Below are positions 24,092 through 37,189 of a DNA stretch of 64,000 bases, in pieces. The notes below the pieces were generated by a model that did not search any database, had not been told where the DNA came from, and saw only the letters and a list, made by a program, of their open reading frames with translations. Numbering within the stretch: the first letter of the stretch is position 1; every line of letters begins with the position of its first letter. The stretch is from Phoronis australis (taxonomy: Eukaryota > Animalia > Phoronida): positions 347,598 to 411,597 of the forward strand of contig NMRA01000098.1 of assembly GCA_002633005.1 (NCBI GenBank), in the 5' to 3' direction. The translations under genes were made by a program, and so were the position numbers.

Positions 24092-27000
24092 GTAAGCATG
24101 TACTTCAGTTTAAGAGAGTAGGTGCAGGTGTAGGTGGGTGCATGCGCCTTTGTGCCTGTGTGGATGGATGGTTGCTAGTGGGTGGGTGTGCGTGGTGACT
24201 TCTGGGGCTTAGACGTGGCTCTAGTATGTATAACTTGGTTGGCATTATATGCGACAACTTTTTTATGGAAAAGATAAGTAGAACAAAATGAGTTATGTTC
24301 CAGAGAAGACAGGTTACCCGAACACCGCTCACGCACTCATAAACGTAGCTCTGCAGTCGTGAACATGGCTTATGGACCTGTAAACTCAGTTCACTTACTC
24401 ACAAACACAACTCCTTACTTAGTACCCTAAAATCATGGCTTTAGCTCAGGTAGCCTGAAACAAATGGAAAATGAGAACACTTCACGAGTGGAAACCATGA
24501 TAGAGGGTGTCTTGTGTCACCACATGAGGCAGCAGCTTGTAGTTTATTTTTCTGTATGACGGATTTTGTTATATTCTCTGGGTCTTGACATTTGTCCTGA
24601 AGTGTCAAAATCTGTCAGGACAGTTTGAAAATCAGCCAGACAAAATTTGGCATTGGAAGAGGATTTATTCATGATTCCATAAAATTCAGACCGAACACTT
24701 CTTGTTCTCACCAGCATTTGGCGCTGCATAGATACCCTAGTGGCCACAGCATCATGCAGTGGTGTATACACCCATCTAGTTTGAATGTACAATATTAGTT
24801 AAAATAAAAGTGCATTGACATAACATAAACCTTTTATTTATTAATTGGCTGTAGAATATAACTCTTTTTTAAATTCAAACTCATTTGTCATATCAAATAA
24901 AGACATAAATATCTAAAAATACAGTTTGTACAAATATTGTTGAATGGTTTGCCTACAGCTGCCTGGGGTTTTGCAACTCATTTCAAAATCTTGGCCCATT
25001 TCCCAGTCACTGATTATCAACACACCAGCGATGTATGTAGAATGTGACATTATTGGGACAAATACCACACCATTTTCAGGAAAAATTGGCAATGGTGATA
25101 AAAGTGATAGTCAAGAAACCTGCGCCAACTGCTTGCTGTGAAAACAAAAGTATTTGTACACCAATGAAACACCCCTTTATAATGTATGTTCTCATAGCTT
25201 TGGAAAACCCCTGGGGAAAAAGAAGTTAATACAAACGTGTTTGGAACAATGTGCGGAAACACTCTAAAAAAAAGATTGTGACTTTCATACAAGTGATGCC
25301 AATGTTGACTAAGTAAAAAAAAATCTAACATAGAGGTAAGCTTTTCAGCAGCAATGTCCTGTCTTCCGATGAAGTAGACAGTCTGAATCAAGCTTGGACT
25401 CCATACCTTGAATAACTCGCTTACAAAGAAAACACGCTTTTCTGAAGATATGTGGGAATTTTCACCACTGTTTGTTCAACCTTCTGAGCACCTTTCACCT
25501 CGATCAAAGAGAGCACTGCATCAGAGTCGCACTCGCTGTTGCATAAACCAATAATTTTCGTTAAAAGTCAACATGGCTGTATTTAGCTGGAAAATAACAT
25601 TGTCTCAAAAAAGAATTAGAAATTTATTTCACATTGAAAAATATTGTAAAAATAGATTAGGAGACCTATTTTTCCAAAGATGGCCTGTTTTTTACTCTTT
25701 CAAAGTAACAGGAATATACTTAGCCACTCGCCCAGTCGCCAATGCGAGTAAAAATGGTGCTGGACGAGTAGAAGTTGACTTGTTGGTCGCCCAGGTGGCG
25801 AACGAATTTTCAGAGCGCAAAAACACTATCGTTTTCCAGATGAACATGAATAAATTTTCTCCTCCTTGAGCTGTTTTTATCATGAATTTAAGGTTCAGTT
25901 TAGTCATCGTGTCGATGCTCAGACGGTAAACATCGGCGCAGTGCGATCAAGTAGTGTAGAAGTATAGGAGAGTTCACTTGTGAGTTCGTTGTTATCGATA
26001 CTACTAGCGCTGCCAAGTGGTGAATACGCAACTAGAAAGCGCTAAAACAATGGAGAATAGTGCATTTTACAGTGCAATAAATTGCACTAATTCATCCACG
26101 AGAACCCCAGACGTGTCATTTTCTAGGTTTCTTAAGGATCCAGAAAGGTAAGGATCATCTGTTATTCAATAGTATGATACATTGTCTTTCGTTTTGTGCG
26201 TTCTGTTCACGGTTGGAAGACAAGTCGATTGCAGTCCCGGTGCCACAGTTGTCTGCAGACTGCAGTGTAGGCTAGGCTGCACAGCCGGGCTGCCGGCGGA
26301 AAGACTATGATTAGCGATGTAATCGTCAGCTTTTTGGTTACTTGCAGTCCATGTATTTCAAATCAAAATGTCATCCAAATGATCGCAGGAAGAATTTTAG
26401 GAAAATATACCCATGGCCATGGGTGAATATGACTGGTGACACGGCCACAGTCGCAGCCACAGGGCCTCAAGTCTGTCATGAGTCAAGTTAGAGAATCTGT
26501 GGGTCTCGGTGAAAAGGTGAAAAATCAACATAATTTTAATGTGCCAGTTGGCCCAAGTTGAGCAACACCAGTGCGCCAATGAAAACTTAATTCTATGCGC
26601 CAATGATGCGGGGGCACGGCTCTTAAAATATGCGTGGATCGACATTTGAGTCCTAGATGAAACCAGCAGTGAGCTGGGAGCAACATGTTGTCAGTGGTCA
26701 GGGGAGCAACCAAAATTTGTGATGATAGGAGAGGCTCAACACTCATGTGGCATACCGCATTGGTTTTTACCTGTAACCCCCCTGGGAGGGGGTCAACACC
26801 CATTTGGCGCCCACCTAGTTTTTGCCTGATACCCCCTTAGCTGGCACCTGGGGGCAATTCCCCTCTGAACCCGGCCCCAGGAGCAATCATTCATATTATG
26901 TAGTCCATGGAAGTATGAACTGTTATAAGGAACGATAATTTGCCTTGTTGAGAACTCAAACGTGAAACAAAAACCATGATGGCTTTTGAAGAAAGCTTCA

Positions 27001-27661
27001 AGAGAATGAAAACAAATACACTTTAATATTGATTAAATCACACATTTGCTTTCTCATTCGATTATAAGTAGTTGTTAGTTTACGTATTCTAACCATTTTC
27101 AATCACACACTAATTTTATTGCACGTCTAATTTCATTAAAGTATGAATTTTATCAGTATTTACATGGTTCGGACTGCGCCGCTAATTTAGTGTTGCTTAT
27201 TCGCCGCTTGGGATGCTAGTTTTTTACCAATAACCATTGCGACAAATGGCAAGATGGCGGAGTGAACTCTCCTATACTTCTAAACTCCGATTCAGTAGAT
27301 GTCACCTGTTAGGCGATTCGTCTAGACAAAAGAACACAGTGTGTGGTCATGCACAAATGAATTTGTGGACTAGTCCGAAACGAAGAAAAGTGGGGAAAGG
27401 CGGAAGACCGGTCCATGCGCTCGCAGCAAGTGAAATACCATTATTCTTGGAACTGATTTCTTATTGTAATGTGCAATGCAATGTCATTTTAGCCAAAATT
27501 ATTTTATAAATAATAACATTTGTCCTAATAAGCTCCCATTCCCCTATAAGCGACCCCCTGCACTCGTTTTCAGACTTCGCTAAAATAAGAGTCCAGTCCA
27601 TGAACGTGTACATATGCGAAAAATGCCTTACCTACAGTTCTAAAATTCTACAGTAATGTCT

Positions 27662-27935
27662 TCACTTTATCAATAATATCCAACACTTTTGAAAATTCAT
27701 TGTGCGCGGAATTTCTAGACCATGAGCCGAGCCGCTATGTTGGTATTTAGCTGTGGCTGTGCACTTCAAAAAGAACGCAAAAGTTCTGCTGATCTTGCGA
27801 GGAACGTGTCCCACTATGGCCAGGTCTTTCAGAACAGACGCAGAGTACTTGACAATGGGATTGCATTGTATCTTTCCCATACAGCTCTTCTCCCTCAACA
27901 GGAATGCAGATTACTTTTGTACATGTAAAAACCGT
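27662..27935 (-). pseudogene. Frameshifted HIRAN-like domain relic inside a DNA-transposon remnant
   Basis: HGF..YK..IPVEGEEL then NP.VKYSA.VLKD..IVGHVPRKISR..AFFL...GLEIP match the transposon-associated HIRAN pattern. A TIR-like AATAAGCTCCC/TATAAGCGACCCCC lies at about 27527-27560. Confidence 0.65.
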
Positions 27936-28239
27936 GAATCGAAACTTGACCAGTGTTAATGAGCACGTGGTCAAGAATCGCCCGCTAGGGCTCACATATA
28001 TGTTAGTATGTGGGCTTGCTACCGACTCTGGCAGATGAACTCTGATGATACGCACGCGCTCGCTCACTCTGCGCACACCTGCAGACTAACTTCAAAACAA
28101 ACGTCACGTGACAACAACATATGTGTTCATCCAGATTTTTCGCTTGTTGCCGGGTGCGATCTAGCCCAAATTTGGATTGTGGTTAATCCCGACTCCGCAG
28201 AAACTTAAAAATCTTAAGTACGCTATTTGTAAAACTTAA

Positions 28240-31200
28240 AGGAGAATGCCACCTGATTTAATTAGTATTTTTTACCATCTTAATCGGTCTTGTATCCACA
28301 TCACCTCATATACGGTCGATCTCACCTCGCCGAGATGTGTCGCGTTAACCTGTGAAGAAGGTAAGAAATGACTTAGGGACGTCAGTGCTTCTTCTGCAGA
28401 GTGAGTGCCGCTATGGAGTGGTGTATCGTACCCGCTTGTGTGAACTATGAAGCTACGAGGAAAGCAGGTATATCGTTTTTGCGATTTCCTCGAGAGCATA
28501 CAATGCTTCAGAAGTGGTTCGCGGTAGTGAAGAATGAACAGCACGCCGTAATACCAATTAAGTGGTCGGCATTTCGTCTACAGTGATTTCACTGACGTTA
28601 GAATGCCAGCTTACCAAACAGCTCATGCCAGGGCAGAAAAAAGAGACCGAGTATGAAGTCAGACGTTACACCTAGTGTGTTTGTGTTCGGTAGGCAGGAG
28701 ACAAAACAACGTGGATCGGTTGTTGCTCAGTTTTTGATTATGGTGAATTGTAGCTGGCCATAGAAACATAAATAATTACAATTACAATTTATTTAATTCA
28801 AGGCATGAGAACATAGCGTTTTATATATAACCTGTTTGATGACTTACTCATTCGGCAGGCTACTGTTTGGACCTCTGGGTGTAGGATGTTCTCGTCAGTT
28901 CTTTTTCCCAGTCCCAAAAACGTCGTAAGCAGACTTATGTTTAGATGCAGTGCAAAATCACACATCTACGATTCTCCAAGAAGGCGTCTAACTTGGGTAA
29001 TTTTGTGGCAGCAAACGCAAGTGTCAGTTGTTTCCATTATCGTGCAGTTAGCACACTGACACCATGACAAATCATTCAAACGGTTTTCGGAACTATCCAT
29101 ATGTTCCGTTGTCTGTTCACGTTCACGATGCCACTCTTGTATTTCTTGATCAGTGAATTCCAGTTCGAACTGATAGCTTGTGAAACCTAACGATCGACCT
29201 GTGAAGTCTTCGTCGGATGAGCACTCGTCTAAATCTGGATTGTGAGTTACCACGGTTGACGTTTATTATTGTGCACTATGTTTCAAAATGAATTATTCTC
29301 ACCCTAAGCAATGTTTATATAAAACTGAAACAAAGATGCAATAAACTAATTGACCAGGCACTTTCATATCATGAATAATACGCTTGCAAGAAAGTCACGC
29401 ACTTCTAAAGATATGCGGGAATTTTTACCGCACGTCCTTCTGAGTGGCTTGTACCAGGATCAATGAGAGTGCGACACCGGAATCTGGTACAGTTGTGATG
29501 ACTGCATTGCCCGATGTTAGCAAGACCCTATTAAATGTAATTATCCGATTATAAACTGTATTAAACATCTCTGACTGTACATAATGGCAAATTTTCAAAA
29601 TGCATTAACCACTAATTTTTTATAAACGAACACCACGGTGGTATTCAGCTTGAAAAAAAACCAAGTACGGTTTTCGATTTTCAAAAATCAACGAACTAAT
29701 AAATAAATCTAAAAGCTACAACCATGAGGTACTATTGAAGATAAACTACCACGCGTATTGATATACTCGGTGGATATACAAACGCTGATCAGAGTTAACA
29801 ATATCACATGGATTCACTTTTTAATATTCTTTCAATCTCGTTTAAAGAGATTTTTGACCAGGAAACAGTTGTTGTGCCCACTGTTCATTTTTTATTACTG
29901 ACAAAGAGCTAGAATAGTTATATAGGCAGTGCCACCGAAATTGTCCAGAGATTCCAAATCTTCAGTTTAGTTATAACCATATTTGCACTTTTGTATCTAT
30001 TTTATGATTTGAGTTCTAATAAAGATTAAATTTTAATGACATGTCAAATGTTTAGTGTACCTGTAATGTGGTAAGTTTAGGTATGGGCTCACAATGAACT
30101 TAACTAATTAAGTTTAGCTGGCGATCAAAATCTACCATTGTTTTGGTACCTCAAGCTTAAAACTTAGATTAAGAAGTTATCAACCCGTTCCCAGTAAGAA
30201 AAAAAAGTGTGCAGAAGCATTAAAAATTAAATAAAGAAAACCAATATTAAACTTATCGTTCCTTTGGGAAGTGGCCCTTTGTAAAGATAAACACAAGTTA
30301 ACCTTTTTAGTCATTTTGTAATATTTATTATGTACCAAGTTAAAACTACTCTCCAGAGTTGCAGGCTATAACTCTTCAAACATCAGAGAAAACCAAATTG
30401 GGTGTAGTAACAACAGCCATTGTTGAGACAGTAATGCTAGCAATTACCTTTCCACTTCATTAGCTCAGATCTGCATCACTACAAAGGGCGTGCTGAATAG
30501 GCATCCTAAATGTTGTCTGGAGCTTAGGGAATCCAAGCAGTCACCAGTGTAAGCGAGAAATTCTCCACATGTTGGCCGTGTGAGCACATGCTAATTCAGT
30601 GTTTGCTGACAGAAAGCTTTTGTGAAACAATATCTCGATTGTATATCCTATGGTCAGATGTTAAGGGATTCCGAATCTTTATTTAGGTATTCATATACAT
30701 TATTCGAATCATTGTTACTGTGCAACTTTTGCCCTGATGGTTTTGCTGTGGAAGGGTAACCTTAATTCGCGGCCCCCGACGAGCTAGCAAGTAGATTTGC
30801 AGTTTTGGGTCTAATTCACCAAAATAATCACGTGCACATTATTTATTTGGCTCACTGGTATAGTCTTTTCGTGACTGGAAGTTAAGTTTCTAACTTTGGC
30901 TGGTTTACGTTCGTGATGTCTTCAGGCCGGCCGCGACGGGCCTGATCGGGTTCCAAGCCACTGGCCGGGATAACGAGCATTTTTGCAACACACAGCTATG
31001 TTCCCCTGTTTGTATTTCACGGACGAATAATTCGAATTTATCACGGAACAGGGCCCAAAACTCCAGCTACTGACTTTGGTAAATTGGCCTACCGAACTTT
31101 GTAGGCTACGGTACATTCCAATACCTATAAATCTGTAACAGTGAAATAAAATAACTCATTTGTTCAACAAATCGATGTATTTGTAAGGGTTTTACATCGA

Positions 31201-31283
31201 ATTTTGTTGATTTTCTGGTGTAAAACAATGAATTCAACCGATAAGCTGACACCAATAAGGGTGTTGTGAACTGCTGAACAGAC
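28240..31283. mobile_element. Kolobok-type element copy 2 in an ITM2 intron (right TIR not found; extra insert at about 29360-30570)
   Basis: TTAA|AGGAGAATG start. THAP stub MEWCIVPACVNY...SFLRFPRE...KWF (28413 to about 28590, +) and minus ORF 28966-29253 YQFE...WCQCANC..METTDTCVCCH. Collinear with 1983-3710. Confidence 0.75.
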
Positions 31284-32903
31284 CCCCCCGAAAATGCAAA
31301 CATCGCTCAATGTCTGTCAAAGTAAAAAGTTGTGAACGGCATGGCAGTTTTTCACAGGCGGGTAATCATAGATATTGGATCAGTCGAAATTCCTTACATA
31401 TTAAAGACATGAGCTCAGTTTTGATAGGCTGGTGACATGGGAAATGCACTAATAGCAACCAATAGTATTCATCTAAGTAAGAAATGCACAAGCAGCCCCC
31501 AATATGATGGGAGTATGGCGACCAAACTTTGTCCTAAATTGATCGGCAGAAAAAAATTAAGGCTTTTGAACAGAGTGGTTCTTTGCCTTGAATTGTCAAG
31601 TTCGCGACAAACATGATGGCAAAGTGCGTGAATTTTGTAAACACCATTCCCAGATATGAATCAGGCAATTGTCAGTTTCACATACTGAAAATAAATCGGA
31701 CCCAGTTCGATGGCTGATGCTTTAAGCAAAATGTCTGTATCATCAGTTCATGCCATATGGTCAAGTGAGTTACTAGGCTAAAGTAAGCTGTTGATTTATC
31801 TCATGGTGCCCAAACCGGGCTTGGTTTCCTTTTAAGTTCTAAATTCTAGTTTTATTTCACAGGACGTTTGGCTTCATATTGTATTACTTATCTCGGATTT
31901 TCTTTTGGTGTCTATGCTCACTAATGAACGTTTCTATTACTTTTGCATGTGCTTTTTTGGCATCCTCCAGTTTGAAAGATTATAATTAAATTTCAATGAT
32001 GTGTTTGCATTAAGACGAACATGCTCAAGTTTGCCTATTGTGGCAATTAAGGTTTTCTTTGCATGGCTCTATAGCTACCAAGTTCTTCAACGGATGTTCA
32101 CAAAATTTGAAAAATAAGTGTGTTGGGACAGCAGCACTTGCAGACAGATTTGACTTATGAAGGTCCCCTTGTGACATTTTTTATTTGATACATTACAGAA
32201 GCATGCTGTTTGTGATGGGTTCAGTCGTGGTTGCATTTTAAGGCTTTGCATTAATCTTGTTTAAAAATGAAATTTCTCCTGGTTTATCTTGAAATAGGAG
32301 CCTAGGAGCTGTTTAGTTGCGTTTCAATACAAGAAGTGCTCGCTACAAATTAGCATTACTCCAGCGTAGAAATCGTCCCCATCATATTGACTTCTACTGA
32401 TCGAATGCCGCCTGGTTGTGGTGTTGATCTTGGCAGGAGTGTTTGTCCCATGGTTAATGAAGTAATATCCTGGGCTGGTTACTTAATGCTAGGCTCCAAA
32501 CAGCTGATAACTTATGTCTATCCTCCATGTTAATTGTGAGGAAGATTACCACCAGCCACAGCCAGCACCCCAACCAGCTGGCATTCGAGCAGAAAAAGTC
32601 TCCATGATTGCGACACTATTTGGTCATTAAGACTGGTAAGTCCAGTATTAGATTTATTCTCGTTATATTACAAACTGGATGACTAACATGCGATTACGTA
32701 AATGCCTCTGCCAGGGGCTGTATTAGAATGTGGATCACTTTGAAAAAAATTAAACAAATTTCAATTTTTTTGAAGTTCTGGCACGGTGTTTAATCAAACA
32801 TTGGCGCTAACCCGAATGAATAGGGTAATTGAACTTCATTAAGAATTTCTGATCATTTGAAGATTTGTGTTGTTTACACGTGCTTTTTCTTCCTTGGGAG
32901 CAG

Positions 32904-33149
32904 AGATACCGTGGTTGGTGTGGAACCACGTTCCTAGAGCAGTCACACTTCAATGAAGACGACGAAGTACTTCCCGAGGCACTGAACAGTGATGATGTGA
33001 CCACGCCGGGCCTGCGAGACACTGTTACCCGTAAGCCAATCAAAATTGAGGAGGAGGTGGAGGTGGACACTGACAAGCAGGTGGAGACGTTTCGCATCCC
33101 CCGCGTAGGTCCCTACCGCCCCATCCAAGTTGTCTATGACTTTGAAAAG
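32904..33149 (+). CDS. ITM2-like exon (linker and start of BRICHOS)
   Basis: GCAG|AGA acceptor, AAG|GTAAAT donor, 246 nt. Encodes RYRGWCG...IEEEVEVD...ETFRIP...VVYDFEK. Confidence 0.9.
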
Positions 33150-34048
33150 GTAAATTGTTATTGGTCGTTACGGCTTGCCACAGTTTTTTATCTGGCATAA
33201 AACCAGCTAAAAACCCACAGTCTGTTGAAGAAAATTTGTTTTATTCAGACCACTCACTGTGTAATCTGAAATTTCATGAGCTTGGTCTAAGGAAATAAAG
33301 AATTTTCAGTTCTTTGCAAGACCAAGTCATTTCTCATCTGAGTGACAAGTTGTGAGAATTTTTTTTAATGGTAAGTGGCCTTAATCAGAACAGGTTCAAT
33401 GCTGCTTTGAACCAAGCTATGGCTTGTATATCTTGAGATTTGAAACATAAATTAAATGTTTTGTCTGTGTGTAAATCAAACTTGAAATAACTAGTTGCAA
33501 TAGCATCAAGAGTTCCTGATTTTGAAAACGAGTTTCGTGCCCGTTGTTCAGGAGTGAAAATTTGTTCCCAAAACGCGAAACCCCTGTAAGTAACGATTAC
33601 CCAAATTGGCAGACCTGCGGACAAGTGATGGTGTGTCTATAATTGGCTTCAAGTTCTGTTGACATTACATTGTTATTGGGTTGACACAAACTGCAAGTGA
33701 GTCTCGTGAAAATTCTCATTGGTTCATCCATGCAAAGGGTACGGTAGGATTGGGGTCTGTATCCTCCCCCAGAAAATTTTGAGAATTCAGTCTCATTATT
33801 GGGTTACTTTGGAGGCCTCGAAATGTATTTTTTGATGTACTGCCGGATCCGCCGTACCTCATGAAATTTATAGGTTCGTGTGCTGAGTTGATGCAATGCA
33901 CAGTGGGCATAGGCATGTCGTGTTTCTTCTAATACGGAAACGGAGTGTTAGGGGTTGATTTTCTACAACTGCATTTTGATGATCGTTCAAAATCTGATCC
34001 TCAGATCTCAGTTTACCATGATTCACCTTGATGTGTCATCTTCTTCAG

Positions 34049-34159
34049 AATCTTTCTGCCATCCTCGACAAGGAGCAACGTGCCTGTTTTGTGAAGCCCC
34101 TCAACCGCTCTCTGGTCAGACCACCCAAATCCATGCTGGACTTTCTGTGGAAACTGCAC
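34049..34159 (+). CDS. ITM2-like exon (BRICHOS core, first Cys)
   Basis: TTCTTCAG| to CAC|GTAAGT, 111 nt. Encodes NLSAILDKEQRACFVKPLNRSLVRPPKSMLDFLWKLH (absent from the supplied ORF track). Confidence 0.92.
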
Positions 34160-34550
34160 GTAAGTAAAATGTCACTGTGATATTGCTTCTTTTCCTTTGG
34201 TCCTCCGCTGATCTGTTTTTAGTTGGCTACCCTATTTATTCACTCAAACGTTATTGAAGCTAATTTAAATGTTGCTTTGGAGGTTCAAACATGGCCAACT
34301 TCAAAGTAAGATAAAGTTAGAATGAGGTGGTTTAATATGCTAAAAAGATACCTATGGGATTTACTCCAAGCCCGGTATAATTGCAAAATACTAGAAATAA
34401 CGACACAATTTTTTGTGGTTGTATTTAGTCAGGGTCCTTTGTCTCGCAGTAATGTAGGCAGTTTATTTTAAGGTTGGCAAGTTTATGATTGCTTTAGCAC
34501 ATGCCAACTATTGTAAAAATCAATAAATCGTTACCGTCTCTTATCTGCAG

Positions 34551-34940
34551 AACAATTATTATCTGACACGCAGTAAGGTGTCTCGTCAGAACTACTACAT
34601 ACAATATCCAGAGGTTAAAGATGTTCAGAAGTTGGGCGTCTTCATCTATGAGATGTGCCACGAGGTTCCCACGTTCCAACTGAGAAAGATTCAGCCCCTA
34701 CCCACACCTCTGCCCATAAGCGATATGTCTGTACGTCCCGACGTCAATGGTAGCACCGAGGATTCCGATTCACGCTCTGATGAGGAGCGTCGCCACGGGC
34801 ATGGTCGTCACCACGGACCCGGTCGCCGTAGAAAGCACGGCCATCGTCATGGCGATAGACGTCACAAGAGGGAGACCACACCCACGTGCTACGCTGTGGA
34901 CAATGGAAACGGGGTCGTTGAGGAATCTTGTGTGGTTTGA
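34551..34940 (+). CDS. ITM2-like last exon (BRICHOS end, His/Arg-rich insert, furin site, C-terminal peptide)
   Basis: TCTGCAG|AAC acceptor. Encodes NNYY...LGVFIYEMCHEVPTFQL, then RHKR|ETTPTCYAVDNGNGVVEESCVV*. AATAAA at 35322. Confidence 0.9.
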   Translation, partial: NNYYLTRSKVSRQNYYIQYPEVKDVQKLGVFIYEMCHEVPTFQLRKIQPLPTPLPISDMSVRPDVNGSTEDSDSRSDEERRHGHGRHHGPGRRRKHGHRHGDRRHKRETTPTCYAVDNGNGVVEESCVV

Positions 34941-36788
34941 AACTAAATTCACTTTGGATTTTAGTAATCAGTTAGTTGAATATGTAAAGACTTGTTTGAA
35001 TTTGTGTACATTTACAGTTTCTGTCTTGACTAAAATCTTAACAAGCTGCACATTTAGTATATAACCAAGACATTTTAATTACATGGTATATTATATGAAA
35101 AAAAATGTTTCACCCCAGTTCTCATTTTGTTATTGCGATACAACTTTCTAGAAGAGCTTTTGCTTCAGAAACCAATTAAATTACCAAGTTACATGCTCTA
35201 AAAACTACTTTCATCACATTCTGTTGACTCCTGGCAGTGTTGCAACACCTTACAAGACTAGCTTATGTTCATCATTTGGTTAGGAAAGAACATATATTTT
35301 GTAAAAGTTGTTTGTATTTTCAATAAAAATTCTTCTGTTAGAAGTCCGTTTTAAGTTGGATTAGATAAGATTTGCATCACTTCTTTGTTGTCTCAATGTA
35401 GTGTGTATCAGTATAAAATCACAGTAATTGGATACCTTCACTACCAAGGGTCACACTTCAAATATCTCTTAAAATGCAATTCGTCAACCCAGGAAACCAT
35501 GTATTTTCCAAATCCTTCAGATATTTACTCGTGAATCTATGTCACTGTAATATACGTACGTATGCATGTAGACAGCAAGTCTGAATTGTACAAATTTGGG
35601 GTGGGCATACGTGGAATACTTTTATTTTCATAACCAGCACTTGCAATAAGTCGACAAAACGGAAACAAGAATTTAATTTCCAATTTTCACCATGTTAAGT
35701 GACTAGTTTACAGAGCATTTCATTTTGCTAACTGTATGAAACCTATCGGTTTTAAGGAAAAACATTCAAAAATGAAGTTGTTAAATTGTTTTGTAGAAGC
35801 CACGTATAGTGAGAAAATGGTGATTTGGATATTTTGGGACACCTGAGGAAACCAAACGCAAATTTTTGACAACCATGCTATCATTTAAGTTACTGGACCT
35901 GAGTTAGGCAAATTTCATGTACGTTAAACGGTGAAGTGAATTGTGATCCTAGACCCATGTACAAAAAATCCCCCAAGCAGTGTACCGTTGCATTCTCTTA
36001 CAATATTTGAGGGGAAATCTTATCAGTGTCCCTGGAAAAAAGTGTGAAACATTGGCAATCAAATGCCAATTTCCTCAACGTGTTTGTGGAGAAAATTCAA
36101 AACTTCATGAAAACTGATAAAATCTTTTTGCGTTTCAGTTCCAGACAATTCAAAATCAATCAGAAATGGCTTCAGCATCAACAAACAAAACAACAAAAAA
36201 TACAAGCAGTGAAAAATAAATGCATTACCTCACTACTTCACCACACATTAATATTATCGTAATATTTATCCTGAGCACAGAAAATCGATTATATGCAGTC
36301 CCCATGATAACCAGTTTTCAAAGTATGGACACATATCTTATTCACCTTTAAGACAACTGACAATCACCAACACCAAGGGTCAAATTTGTGAAGCGTCTTT
36401 ATGTATTTTGTGAAGCCATGAAAATGCATACAATAAGACTGGTTAAGTTGGACACACTCAAGCACATTGTGCATGTATATTATCCTGACACATTTGTAAT
36501 TGCATTCACCCTTATTTCTGCAAACAGAGAATCCTACACTCATCTCGGGTTGATGACATGGGCAAAACCTCTTGGAAATTTTGTCAAACTCCCCGAGATG
36601 TGTACCTGAGATTTTTAGTAAAGACCCATAAGACCGCCGAGAACTATCAATTTTAAAAAAACAAAAATTTTCAAGGATTGTTGAATTGTTTTGACAGCCA
36701 CGATAAGACTTGTACATAATAGAACAAGGATATTAACATGAAAAAAGTTTTTTCCATGAAAAACCATTGTTTTTTTAGAAAAGACCAG

Positions 36789-37189
36789 GGCCCGGTCTCC
36801 AATCTTTTTACTCGAAATGGAACTCGAAATTAGGTTTGGCATTTTCTACTCAACTTTTGGGCGAACTCAAGATAAGTGTCTATTATTCTATGCTCGGGTA
36901 CACAATAACTTACGTAGATAATTTATTGCCCTTAGTTCACAGTTTGTAAACCCAATATTAAAGCAATAAGTTCGAGTTTGAACTCAAAATTTCGAGTTTT
37001 TACTCGAGTTTGTAGCACGAATATAAGGGTCTTCAAGGGCAAACTTGAACTAGAAACTCCTATGCATAAACTATAATGTATTCGAGCACAGTCTGATAAC
37101 CAATTATCTTAAGTTCGCACAAAAGGAGCAGAGAAATTGCCAAAAATAGTTTCGAGTTCGTTTTGAGTATAAAGATTAGAGACCGGGCC
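36789..37189. mobile_element. Foldback MITE, PIF/Harbinger-like
   Basis: CAG|GGCCCGGTCTCCAATCTTT...AAAGATTAGAGACCGGGCC|CAG, with long imperfect arms and a 3-bp CAG duplication. Confidence 0.8.
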
